Assembly (NCBI RefSeq): GCF_001194135.2
Contig: NC_068990.1
Span: 17,532,909-17,596,908 of the forward strand
Direction of reading: 5' to 3'
Length of the DNA stretch: 64,000 nucleotides
Source of the DNA: Octopus bimaculoides
Lineage: Eukaryota
In this document: positions 1 to 12,300 of the stretch, piece by piece
How the letters are laid out: each line of letters opens with the position of its first letter
Position numbering within the stretch: position 1 is the first letter of the stretch
Translations under genes and position numbers: made by a program
Notes under the pieces: generated by a model
What the model was told of the DNA's origin: nothing
What the model saw: only the letters and a program-made list of their open reading frames with translations
The model's database searches: none

Positions 1-228
1 TGTGTGTGTGTGTGTGTGTGTGTGTCTGTGTTTGTCCCCCCAGCATCGCTTGACAACCGATGCTGGGGTGTTTATGTCCCTGTAACTTAGCGGTTCGGCA
101 AAAAGAGACCAATAGAATAAGTACTGGGCTTACAAAGAATAAGTCCTGGGATCGATTTGCTTGATTAAAGGCGGTGCTCCAGCATGGCTGCAGTCAAATG
201 ACTGAAACAAGTAAAAGAGTAAAGAGTA
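1..228 (+). mobile_element. SINE family A, 3' half after internal (GT)n
   Basis: Near reverse complement of 45560-45810; tail gtaaaagagtaaaaga. Confidence 0.85.
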
Positions 229-689
229 AATAATTTAAAGGTGTAATGAACTAAAACAAAATGTCCTGAAATATTTCTCGTACCCTGTATTTTTAGATTT
301 TTTTAAAAATTGGTCAGCTTTTTAATCATGATGCCATCAGGCAACTCAAAGAATCTAAATATTTATTGAAAATTTACTGACAAGAAAAATACAAGTTCCA
401 GTTTCTATTTGACACAGAGATCTGCTACAGATGCACTAAAAGGTGTATTTCTAGATACACAACTTCTGATTAATAGACAGGAGGATGTCAATGATCAAAA
501 TATTTTGATCATAAGTTTGCTGGATCAGGTCTGATTTGAGAATAAACAACAGCAGCAACAAATTAGAAGATAAGAAATAAAAATACGACATTTCTGCTGT
601 ATATGTTTAAATTTAGGAAGCATGTGGATTGGTATAAGGTTTCAGTTAAAGGAAACACAGCTTTCCAACCCTGCCACAGGTTTAGGGTT

Positions 690-830
690 TCAATTTATGT
701 ATAAGAAGTTGATAGTGAAATGAATTTTACTGAATATGTCGTGTGGGGGCTTCTGGGTGTTGCTGAATTGTTTGTTTTAAGAGATGCAAGGAGCTGGAAA
801 GTGTATATAAATACATACATACATACCCAA

Positions 831-867
<37 letters not shown>

Positions 868-1087
868 GCATCAAAAGTGTTATCATTTTGATTGAAGATA
901 TTTTGAGGACATGTATGAGTGTATGTATTACAATATATATATTTATAAATATGTACACGCACACACATACATACATACATATGTGTGTATAATATGTGTA
1001 TGTGTGTATATACATGCATATGTATATATACATTTGTATATCTACATACATATATGTGTTTGTTTTTGCATGCGTATGTTTATGTGT

Positions 1088-1142
<55 letters not shown>

Positions 1143-1690
1143 GCATGCTCCTATACATTGGCATAGTTGGGTGTCATGTTTGGCTTTTGTGAGCAATGTG
1201 GTGGGTGTTAAAGAGAAATTCAGAGGGAGTCAGTGGGATGAACACTTGCAGTTTGTGTGTGCGCATGTGTAAGTGTATGTGTGTGCATGTATGTATGTAT
1301 GTATGTATGTATGTATACATGTATTTAGTTATCTACCTATGAATGAGTATACACATATATTGTTACATACAATTATATATAACATATTTATGTTTAAAAC
1401 AAAAGCTTATTTACCTACCTGCCCAATTATATAACACATTATATCCTTATCTTCTTCTCTCCTCTCAATGCATAGCAGTATACATATATACATGTATACA
1501 TACATGCATACATGTATGTATGCATATCGCATACACACATACACATGAAAACTATTGTACTACATTAAGGCTAAAAAAGTATGTATATATATATCATCAT
1601 CATCATCATCATCATCGTTTAACGTCCGCTTTCCATGCTAGCATATATATACATATTAAAACATATACATATATGTGAGTGTATATACAG
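690..1690. repeat. Compound (TA)n/(TG)n/(TATG)n microsatellite field
   Basis: Directly visible; it produces the spurious YI/CV ORFs. Confidence 0.95.
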
Positions 1691-2188
1691 GGTGTGATGG
1701 GTAAATTGTCGCCATTTTATATTTTTAATTTCGTACGTGTGCATTGCTTGTTTTTGATTGTCAGCTACACAGTATAGTAGGGTCAGTTGGGCACTGTCTG
1801 TGAGAAAAACAGCACCATGACACAATTCACTTTGCCAGAAATTTAGAAATGACATGCTGTACTGCTTGGCATTCATGCTGGAAGCTCCAGTACAAACATT
1901 TCCGAGTGTTTGGGTCTCAATCTGAGGACAGTGCGATCTGAGGACATGCACAAGAGTTATAAAAGTCAAACATCCACTTGACATCGTGGTGCTTGGAGTG
2001 ATCACTAGTAATGGCAACATTATGCCTCCACTCATCTTCCTACACGGCCTCACACTCAACATGGAGACCTACATCAAGTGCCTGGTGGAGGTAGTGCTGC
2101 CCTGGGTCAAGAGGGTGGCTTCTGGAAGACCCTATGTCTGGCAACGCGACTCGGCACCATGCCACACAAGCTGGTGAACCCAGTCATG
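1688..2188 (+). mobile_element. Internally deleted Tc1/mariner (DD37D/maT-type) transposon, 5' part
   Basis: TA-CAGGGTGTGATGGGTAAA terminus; ORF 1986..2177 VLGVITSNGNIMPPLIF..LPWVKRVASGRPYVWQRDSAPCHTS. Confidence 0.85.
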
Positions 2189-2527
2189 TATATATGTATT
2201 TATATTTATAGTTATGTGTGCATGTGTATGTATGTGTGTATGTATATATATATATATATNNNNNNNNNNNNNNNNNNNNNNNNNNNNNNNNNNNNNNNNN
2301 NNNNNNNNNNNNNNNNNNNNNNNNNNNNNNNNNNNNNNNNNNNNNNNNNNNNNNNNNNNNNNNNNNNNNNNNNNNNNNNNNNNNNNNNNNNNNNNNNNNN
2401 NNNNNNNNNNNNNNNNNNNNNNNNNNNNNNNNNNNNNNNNNNNNNNNNNNNNNNNNNNNNNNNNNNNNNNNNNNNNNNNNNNNNNNNNNNNNNNNNNNNN
2501 NNNNNNNNNNNNNNNNNNNNNNNNNNN

Positions 2528-2569
<42 letters not shown>

Positions 2570-2574
2570 ATGTA

Positions 2575-2615
<41 letters not shown>

Positions 2616-2700
2616 GTATATGTGTGCGTATGTAATCTTGTATGTCTAAATGTGTATACGTCTCACACATATAAACACGCATGTGTGATATGTATGCATG
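2185..2700. repeat. Microsatellites flanking N gap 2260-2527
   Basis: (TA)n and (TG)n on both sides of the gap. Confidence 0.9.
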
Positions 2701-3483
2701 TTGTATTAAGATATCATGGTGAGTGACAGAGAGTAAGAAGTCAAATTCCCACTGAACCAAATCTGTGACCCAGTTTTCATTCTCAGTTGTAGCTCATTTT
2801 TTCCCTTCTGCTAATCCATTAATAAGGCCTGGGAAAAAAAAAGCCTGCCACAAAAAACTATTTCTCTCTCCTCCTACCCTCGAAGCCTTATTGAATAAAT
2901 CACCAATGGATGGATAGTTCTACAGTTCTGCCTCTCTCCAACTCCACCTTAGTGGCATGTTGTGTCCTTGAGCAAGACACTTTATTTCACATTGCTCCAA
3001 TCTAGAAATGTGTAATTGAAAAGGGTGCCAGCCTTGCCACACTCTGTGTCACACTGCATCTTCCTGAAAACTACATTAAGGGTACATATGTCTGTGGAAT
3101 ACTCAGCCACTTGCAAGTTAATTTCACAAGAAGGCCGTTCCGTTGATTAAATCACCTGAAACACCTATTATCTTAACCGATGGAGTGCCAAAAGCCTTGA
3201 TTTATTAAGAAATCAATAATCTATATTGTACGGTATTTGATATACCAATATTTATTTAGGATGTTCAGATGCTTGCCACTGGCCACTCTGAATTATATCT
3301 CTTGGTTAATTTTTGCTTAAATTCTATCATTTATTTACTCTGATAAACTTCTAACCACTCAACAGTAAGAACAAATTAACAGTTAGCATTATCATTTTTA
3401 CGATTATCATAATTACAATTATCATTATTGTGCAATTGACAAAAATAGTAAAACTCTAGATTAGGTTTTTTTTCTCTTCATCA

Positions 3484-3830
3484 GATTCCAACCATGCTGG
3501 AGCGCCACCTGGGAGAATTTTAGTTGAACAAACTGATCCCAGTACCTCCCCCACCCCCTTTTTTTTTAAAGCCTGATAGTCATTCTATCGATTTCTTTTG
3601 CTGAACTGCTAAGTTATGGGGGACATAAACACACCAATACCGGTTGTCAAGTGGTGGTGAGGGACAAACACTGACACAAAGACACACACACAATGAGCTT
3701 CTTTCAGTTTCTGTCTTACCAAATCCACTCACAAACCTTTCGGTTGACCCAGGGCTATAATAGGAGACATTTGCCTTAGGTATCACACAGTAGAAATGAA
3801 CCTGGAACCACGTGGTTGGGAAAATCAATT
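3484..3830 (-). mobile_element. SINE family A, decayed
   Basis: ccatgctggagcgccacc...gggacaaacac..ttcagtttctgtcttaccaaatccactcac...ggaaccacgtggttggga. Confidence 0.75.
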
Positions 3831-4034
3831 TTGCCTTTTATTACGAATACTAGAAATATACCGTGATCAATTCAATTTCTGTCTACACCTTCTACTACAA
3901 AAATTAGTTTTATGTTTAGTTTAAAGAAATAACTATTTACATAAGAAGAGTTTTGTAGCTTGCTTGAAGTATTGCAACAAAAAAATAATAGCGAAGACAG
4001 AATTTTCTTACAATGTGAAATAGAAACAGTTTAA

Positions 4035-4244
4035 CCCTTTAGCATTCAGATTACTCTGGCAAATGTAAAGCCTGTTTAATTACATTGTTTTAAGTTAATT
4101 GTACAGCATCTTGTAACTCTGAGATTTTGATGATGTCACTGCTTATTTTTAGAATGACTTTGTAGGGTAGGTGTGAGAGGTCAGAGCTGGCTGGTTTGAG
4201 CATAAAACTGGAAAACAATTTTGGCCTGATTAAACACGAAAGGG
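4035..4244. mobile_element. TTAA-flanked MITE (family M1, piggyBac-like ends), 210 bp
   Basis: TTAA|CCCTTT...AAAGGG|TTAA; related copies at about 17010-17165, 22750-22965, 30603-30810, 35390-35620 and 37110-37324. Confidence 0.8.
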
Positions 4245-4826
4245 TTAATAACCTTTTGTATATTCCAGGCATAAAGGCACATCAGAATTCACAGTAATTA
4301 CCAATTGCTGCCACCACTCTCATGGATACTGTGGAATTGCTGTCCATACATCAATTTAACATGGCTGGCAATGTACAAACATTTCGTGGTTGTTTACTTC
4401 TGATGATGGGCTTTTGTTCTTGAAAGACATAGGAGTTAATTCACTGTTTTGTCATCACATTGTAAGAAGCACTCTAACTTCACTATAACTTATTATATGC
4501 ATGTGATGACTTGCTAAGTATCATAGATCCTATTTATCTAAACCATGAAGATTTGGTTTCATTTCAGTTTTGCTGCCATTCCACACGCACTTATTAACAC
4601 TTATAGTGTTAATAAGAGCAGAGATGTCAAAGCCATTATGGCACTAAACAACTAGTTATCAGTTGTGTGGTTTGTATCTTGATTTTGATTCCCAGACCAG
4701 TCAGTGTGTTTTGACCTTGAGCAAAACACTTCATTTCACGTTACTCTGTCATCATTTCAATATCCGATGTGTCGTCACATTGTGTACTTCTACAGGCAAT
4801 GTTGGTGTTATGGAAGGATAAGAACT

Positions 4827-5211
4827 CGTTGGCACTCCGTTGGTTACGACGATGAGGGTTCCAGTTGATCCGATCAATGGAACAGCCTGCTCGTGAAATT
4901 AACGTGCAAGTGGCTGCGCACTCCACAGACATGTGTACCCTTAACGTAGTTCCTGGGGGAGATTCAGAGTGACACAGAGTGTGACAAGGCTGGCCCTTTG
5001 AAATACAGGTACAACAGAATCAGAAAGAAAGAATGAGAGAAAGTTGTGGTGAAAGAGTACAACAGGGTTCGCCACCACCCCCTGCCGAAGCCACGTGGAG
5101 CTTTAGGTGTTTTCGTTCAATAAACACTCACAATGCCTGGACTGGGAATCGAAACCGCGATCCTACGACCGCGAGTCCGCTGCCCTAACCACTAGGCCAT
5201 TGCGCTTCTAC
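4827..5211 (-). mobile_element. tRNA-derived SINE (family B) with 11-bp target-site duplication
   Basis: A box TGGCCTAGTGG and B box GTTTCGATTCC; GGATAAGAACT at 4816-4826 and 5212-5222. Confidence 0.9.
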
Positions 5212-6220
5212 GGATAAGAACTAATGTACAGTAAAAACATTTGATCCCTATAAACAAATCATCTGCAGGTTGTTTGGTAAGAAATTACAGAATTGTCTTT
5301 CTCAAACTTGGGAGACTACCAATAGTCTTGTTACTAACGCTGTGCTGTGTCTTTATCTGCGTCCAACATATTAAGCTCTTGTTGATACGAGTATACCAGT
5401 TATTATACCAGTTATCATACTGGAGCTTTGCATTCTATTCCTACAATGTCCAACATATTTTGCACTTGCTGATACAAGGATACCAGAGTTACCACATCAG
5501 TGTGGTAACTCACTGCTGTAATCAATGGCTACACTGTAAAAATTAGCAAGCAATTTGAACTTTGACTATAAAGACAAGCAAAATGCCACCAAGCATTTTG
5601 TTCAACATGCTAACAGTTCTGCTAGCTTGACACTTTTTTGACTTATTTATTTATTGTAATAATGTATTTTGAATACAATATCCAATGTCTGCTTTCAGGT
5701 TAGTAAGGAGCAGCTGCTATTTCAATTACAATTATCATTATCAAGTTAACAATTAACATTATCACATAACTGACAAAAATGGTGAAACTCCAGATTAGTT
5801 ACCTAGAAAACAGCATTTAGAGTTTGACCTTATTTCTTTCCTGTTCTGTGCTCAAACCAATTTTATTGCAAGTACCAGTCATACATTGTGATCAATTCAG
5901 TTGCTGTTTACACCTTCTGCTACAAAAGTTAGTTTGTGTTTAATCTAAAGAAATAACTATTTATATAAGAAGAGTGTTGTAGCTTGCATAAAGCATTGTG
6001 ATAACAAAGGAATAATGAAGACAGATAGCATGTAATAATCTGAAAAGGAAACAGTTTAATAATAACCTTTATATAAAACAGGCAGAAAGTCACATCATCA
6101 GAATTAAACAATAATCACCCTTTAGTGCCACCATCACTGGCACAGACACTATGGAGTCATTGTCCACACAACAATCAACACGGCTCATACTATACAGACG
6201 AACATTTCTTGGTTCTCATC

Positions 6221-6630
6221 TTTTATCTTTTACTTGTTTCAGTCATTAGGTTGCGACCATGCTGGGGCACCACCTAGAAGAATTTTAGTTGAATCATCTG
6301 ATCCCAGTACTTCTTTTTTTTTTTTTTTCAAGCTTAGTACTTATTCTACGGGTCTCTTTTATGAAACCACTAAGTTAAGGGGACATAAACACACCAATGC
6401 TGGTTGTCAAGTGGTGGTAGGGAACAAACACACATGCACGCGCGCACGCACACACACACACATACAAGGCAGGCTTCTTTCAGTTTCTGTCTGCCAAATC
6501 CACTCACAAGGCTTTAGATGGCCTGAGGCTATAGTAAAAGACATTTGCCTTAGGTGTCATGCAGTGGGATTGAACCCAGAACCATGCGGTTGGGAAGCAA
6601 ACTTCTTACCACACGACCTCAACTGCACCT
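6221..6630 (-). mobile_element. SINE family A, near full length
   Basis: Head gtgtggtaagaagtttgcttcccaaccgcatggttctgggttcaatccc, internal (GT)n, tail gtaaaaga. Confidence 0.85.
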
Positions 6631-7471
6631 TTTACTGCTCTTTACTCTGTTTACTCCTAACAACAAACCTTTTGTCCCTGAAATGTACAAAGGTCAGTAA
6701 ACATTTTCCTATTCACATTGTAAGAAACTCTCTGCCTTCACTATTATCATTTATATGTACATGATGACTCTCTAAGTAGATAAAGCATCATGGTGTTAAG
6801 TATCCATCACAGGGAGTAAAATGCAAGATCCTGTTCAGCAGGGCCAAGGAGTTTTAGTTGCATTTCAGTTTACTGCCATTCCACATTCACTTATAATGTT
6901 AATGAGGGCAGAGATGTCAAAGTCATTTTGATTCTAAATAACCAGTTATCAAACTTGTGGTCTGCATCCTGTTCTTTCACTGTTGCATATCCTTATCAGT
7001 GTCCAACATAATTTGCTCTTAATACAAGTATATTACAAGATTTACCACTTCAATGTGGTATAAATCATTGCTGTAATCAAAGGCTACACTGTGAACAACT
7101 CACTAACATAAAATACTGAGTTCAAGTCATTCCACAGAAAAAAAGGTTAGAAACTGAAGATAAACACTATTCCAGTAGATTATAAAGATAGATGTGAGGA
7201 CAGATGTATATCATTGCTGTTTAGCCCTAAGATGGCTCTGACTGAGTAGATCTATCAACAGTGATCAGGTAAAGGTCATCCTATTGACAATGATAATGTA
7301 TTTTGAAATACATTAAATACATTATCTAATGTCTCCTGTTTTAAGACAGTAAGATACAACTGCTATTTCTAGCAAGTCAAATGATGATGTAGAGCTCCCT
7401 CTGTTGGGTTATGTATATCATTAACATTTTTGTGTAAAGCTTGACAATCATAATTTCCCATTTTCTCTCAG

Positions 7472-8022
7472 GTTTAAACCTCTGTACTTGGTTTCTGCTG
7501 ACTTGGAGAAAGCTTTTGGCAGGGTCCCTCGATCCCTTAACTGGTGGTCAGTGTGGAAACTAGGGATAGATGAGTGGTTAGTAAGAGCCTTTCAAACCTT
7601 GTACAGGGACACTACCAGTAAAGTGAGGGTGAGCAACAAGTACAGTGAAGAATTCAGGGTACAAGTAAAGGTTCACCAAGGATCGGTGCTCAGCCCCCTC
7701 TTGTCCATCATAGTCCTCCAAGCAATAACAGAGGAATTCAAGACAGGCTGCCCTGGAAGCTGATGACCTTGCTCTTATAGCTGAATCACTACCTGAACTA
7801 GAGAAGACGTTTCAGGTATAGAAGCAAGACCTAGAATCAAAGGGCCTTAGAGTTAATCTAGCAAAAACCAAAATCTCAGTAAGTAGGAAGACAGACAAAT
7901 CGCAAATCCCTTCAGGTTGATGGCCCTGCTCAATCTGTAGAAAAGGTGTTGGTAGAAATTCCAGAAGATGCACCCAATGTAAGCTTTGGACACATAAAAG
8001 GTGCAGCAACATCAGAGGAAGG
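7472..8022 (+). mobile_element. RTE-type LINE reverse-transcriptase fragment (frameshifted, with stops)
   Basis: DLEKAFGRVPR, QGSVLSPLL, ADDLALIAES, GLRVNLAKTK, then a Cys/His finger. Confidence 0.92.
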
Positions 8023-8286
8023 TTTTAATGCTCCACCAGTTCTGTCATTTCACTACCCAAGTATTTCTCTCCACCTGCCAGAACCCTCCCCATGAAGAAA
8101 AAAAACATAGTACTTATAATCAAGTAAACTGAAATAATGTAGAATTAAGTGCTTTGCTTAAGATTAGCAACAGGTTTGAACTCACAACCTGTAAGGAGAA
8201 ACCTATGATTACCTGAAAGTGTTTCCAGATAAAAGTAATGTATCCTGAAAATTCCTGAATATTTCTGGTATCAGTTAATTATGGTT

Positions 8287-8400
8287 TTATTTAACATATT
8301 CCCCTCTCAGATTCACACACTTATTGCAGCAGTCCTTCAGCTTTTCTAAGCCTTGTAAAAGAACTTGGAAGGTTGGGCCTCCAACTAGGCCTTTCACAAT
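8287..8400 (-). mobile_element. Mariner-type transposase C-terminal remnant
   Basis: GLEKLKDCCNKCVNLRGEYVK resembles the mariner GIxKLxxRWxKCVxxxGxYVE tail. Confidence 0.55.
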
Positions 8401-8822
8401 AACCTTAAAACCAGGAACTTTTCTACATCTCCTCATAGTATATNNNNNNNNNNNNNNNNNNNNNNNNNNNNNNNNNNNNNNNNNNNNNNNNNNNNNNNNN
8501 NNNNNNNNNNNNNNNNNNNNNNNNNNNNNNNNNNNNNNNNNNNNNNNNNNNNNNNNNNNNNNNNNNNNNNNNNNNNNNNNNNNNNNNNNNNNNNNNNNNN
8601 NNNNNNNNNNNNNNNNNNNNNNNNNNNNNNNNNNNNNNNNNNNNNNNNNNNNNNNNNNNNNNNNNNNNNNNNNNNNNNNNNNNNNNNNNNNNNNNNNNNN
8701 NNNNNNNNNNNNNNNNNNNNNNNNNNNNNNNNNNNNNNNNNNNNNNNNNNNNNNNNNNNNNNNNNNNNNNNNNNNNNNNNNNNNNNNNNNNNNNNNNNNN
8801 NNNNNNNNNNNNNNNNNNNNNN

Positions 8823-9340
8823 AACCACGACCTGCAGAAAAGTTCGGAATCTCCTGCAACTCTTCTGGAAGGTCTCCTTGTTTGCTGTCATAATCCTTGC
8901 CTTCAGTTCATCTTTGGTGTTACAAAGAATTTTGTTTGTCACTCACTCAGCTGCATCCCACACATAATAATCAAGGGGGTTGCAGTCTGGAGAGTTAGGG
9001 GGCCAGTTGTTAGAGGTGATGTGGTCGCAGAAATTGTCTAACAGCCATGATTGGGTTCTCCTGCTTGTGTGACATGGTATAGAGTCTTGTTGCCAGACTG
9101 AGGGTCTTCCAGCAGCCACCCTCTCGACCCAGGGCAGCACTACTCATCATCATCATGAGCGATCACACCAAACACCATGAAGTTGAGTGGATGTTTGACT
9201 TTTATCACTCTCAGTACATGTCCTCAGATTGCACTGTCCTCAGATTGACACCCAAACACTTTGAAATGTTTCTATTGGAGCTCCCAGTATGAATGCGAAG
9301 CAGTACAGCATGTTGTTTCCAAAATGTAGGAACTAAATCT
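8823..9340 (-). mobile_element. Decayed DD37D (maT-type) transposase
   Basis: WQQDSIPCHTS...WPPNSPDCNPLDYYVW has 37 residues between the two aspartates; HTH-like SNRNISKCLGVNLRTV upstream and NTKDELKARI downstream. Confidence 0.88.
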
Positions 9341-12300
9341 AGATGAGTGTTTTTCAAGGTGGGACAAGATAATATTATGGTGCAGTATGAGACTTCAGTA
9401 ACAAGTGTAGTAACAACTTGCAATGAAGTTTGAATTAAAATTTCTTTTGAATACACACACACACACACATGCACACTATGAAGCTATTGTTTCCCTTCTG
9501 ACAAACTATATATATGCATACATTTGAGTTTTACTCATCATATGATGGGTAACTTATACATTAACACAGTGGTGTCAGAATATGGCAAACATTCAATAAT
9601 TTAACTCTCATCAAATTTTCTGGTGCTTATATATATATATATATATATATGGCATTAGGAAGTGCATCCAGCTGTAGAAACTATACCACAGCAGACAGTT
9701 GGAGTCTGGATGGACAGCTCTCTGCTAGCCAGCTCCATGTCAACCCATCCAACCCATGCCAGCATGGAGAGTGGACATTAAACAATGATGATGATGATCA
9801 CACGCGCGCGCGCGCGCGCGCACACATCACAGTTATTACTGAAGGATTATGGATTTGTGCAAAATACTTTATAAGCTTTCTGTTAATATGCCAGGCCAAC
9901 GATACTTTTTAGATTAGTCAAGAACTTTGTGTAATCTTGTGGCAGCTTTTCAAACCTTGGTATACTTTTACTATTACACCTATTTTCAAATCCTGACAGG
10001 CAAACTTTCAGGATCGCTATCACTACTTCATGAAGAACAGAAATGGCATGAAATTAGGGTAACTGTTTCGTTCAATTTCTAGTATTCCTGAGTTTCATAC
10101 CATGGAAATTACAGTCGGGAAAGAATATTTTGTTCAAAAAATTAAATTTTTTACCATTAAAAACTTTTAATCATCTGACACCCACCCACCTCACCCGCTG
10201 CCCAGTTTTTGTGTTAAATGTTCTCCGAAAATTGTTTTTTTTTGGGGGGGAGCAGTAGATTCCACGTTAAAAAATATGGAGATTACGATTCTGGAAAACG
10301 TAATTAAAAATTTCAATTCTTTAAAAATAACAATGCTGATTGCTTTTGCTACTTTTCCACTTTCAGTTTATGACCATAAACCAAACAAATGCCCGCCAAC
10401 TCAAATACAGTAAGTAATAAATTGACCGTTGAAAAAAACCTCACTAACGACATTATTGTTCATAAAAGCGTTTGAGGTTTTCGCTTAGTGAAAGTTATCT
10501 CCCTTGCAACAGAAGCCGTATCAAGAATTTAGCGAAGAAATTTTGTTTGATTTTCATCATAAAAGTTATATTTTAAATACGAGTCATTCAGTTACAGCCA
10601 CATGAACACATACTGTCTATAACCCAAGGGCATTTGATGAAATTTAGGATGTCTAGAATCGCTGCATACCAATTTTGTTCTTCAATAAACATCGCTTTAT
10701 TTTTCGTTTATCAAGAAAAAGGGAACAGAAATTAAAGGAGTTTGGTAGTTCCTTTTGTATTATTTTTCCCTCGGCATGTAATATCTTCATCATGGTTACA
10801 ATCTGTATTTATTATGGCCAGCTGAGATAAATTAAATACGAATTTCCACGCAAATACTTTTGTTACATTACGTAACTAGAAAGATTAAAAGAAAAAGAAT
10901 CTTTTAAACTGATGTACCTAAATTTAAAATAATATTCTGGTAATTTTTTAATCATTGCTTTTCTATTGTTTATTTTCGTTGACAATGCCGTTCTTTACTT
11001 ATATTTCCAATATAAACCGAAATCGTTGCCATTAATTAAAATTATAAAGGCGGCGAGCTGGCAAAACCCTTAACACACCCAACAAAAATGCTTACTCAAC
11101 TCTATACGTTGTGTTCAAATTTTGCCGAGGGTGCCTTTGCGTTTCATTGTGAATCAGCCCCTGAGATTCAGTGTGGAAAATGACATCAATACACCAGATT
11201 TTAAAATTTCCTCCAGGTGCAGTCAAACAGAAAAGAGGCGCTATATGTATGAAGTTTGCAAACATGATGTAGATTTATAGTTGGAATATAGAATGTAGGT
11301 AATATCAAGTAATGTTGCTTAATTACAATAATCATAATTTTCACTTTTTTCAAATTTCATTGTGCTTCCTTTTCTTCTTTCTCTTTTTCTTTCCCCTTTT
11401 TCCTTTTCTTTGTCTTTCTTTTGTAAAAACTTATATTATGGATTTGTTTTTCAATGTGATTTTGTATTATTCATATATCATATACATACGTGTTATCTGT
11501 TATGAGGAAGAGAAAGAAATCGTAAGACAAACGATTTATGAAAACAATCCTTCGCTTAGAGACAAAAACTTAAGGACCACCTTATACATGTATAATTTAT
11601 TTACAGTATATTTAAATTCACAGCGTACACTTGTAACTGGGATTGAAGGTAAATCGTGTCATTATCTAAGTGTGTAAGTGCAGCATGGCTGATTGGTCAA
11701 ATTCGCTTTGCATCAATGAGGTCGCGGGTTTGGTTCTAAGGCGTGGGGTAAATGTAATCTGTAACCATAAACTATATAAAAGCCCATTGGTGGATTATGC
11801 ATGTAATTCAGAAGGTACAGCTTGTCACATGCTGATTCTGTTTGAGAATTACGTTAAAGATACGTGTATCTGTGAAATGTTCAATTTAAACACAGGTAGA
11901 ATCAATTGATCGAATAAATGAATTTCGTGTCAAGCGACGGAGATCCACCACTGCCAGAAGTAAGAAGTATACAACACAGTGACCTCCCTTGTATTGCTGA
12001 ACGTATATTTGCGCCATTTCAAGTGGGGTAACTCTGTGAAACCTTTCGTTGATGAATAAAATAAATATTTATATCATTATTGTTTTCCCCTCCTAAACAA
12101 TTCAGTTATTCCATTATTTGAACTACTCAGTTACCTGCTCATTTATCCAGTAATGGTGTATTCCATAGATTTGTATACACATAGCGGACTCTTTTCAGGT
12201 AGAATCAGCCTTGACAGTGTGTGACAAGATATGTCTCATGGCACGTATCCAAGATTCCACGATCTACAGGATCGTAACGGTATCTATCAACGGTTTTTAT

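Larger units (their letters stand above)
3400..7375. repeat. Decayed head-to-tail duplication (copy A ~3400-5723, copy B ~5724-7375)
   Basis: Colinear matching blocks 3400/5724, 3865/5890, 4280/6090, 4600/6890, 5460/7005 and 5660/7295. Confidence 0.75.

Noticed and set aside
695-2760. Many ORFs rich in YI/CV/HT
   Set aside because: Translations of dinucleotide microsatellites and N gaps.
5130-5211. tRNA-like sequence (also 27678-27747)
   Set aside because: Pol III boxes continue into a repeat body with a TSD; these are SINE heads, not tRNA genes.
9531-9552. Palindrome ttactcatca-ta-tgatgggtaa resembling fused DD37D termini
   Set aside because: Only a 10-bp imperfect match; too short to call an excision footprint.
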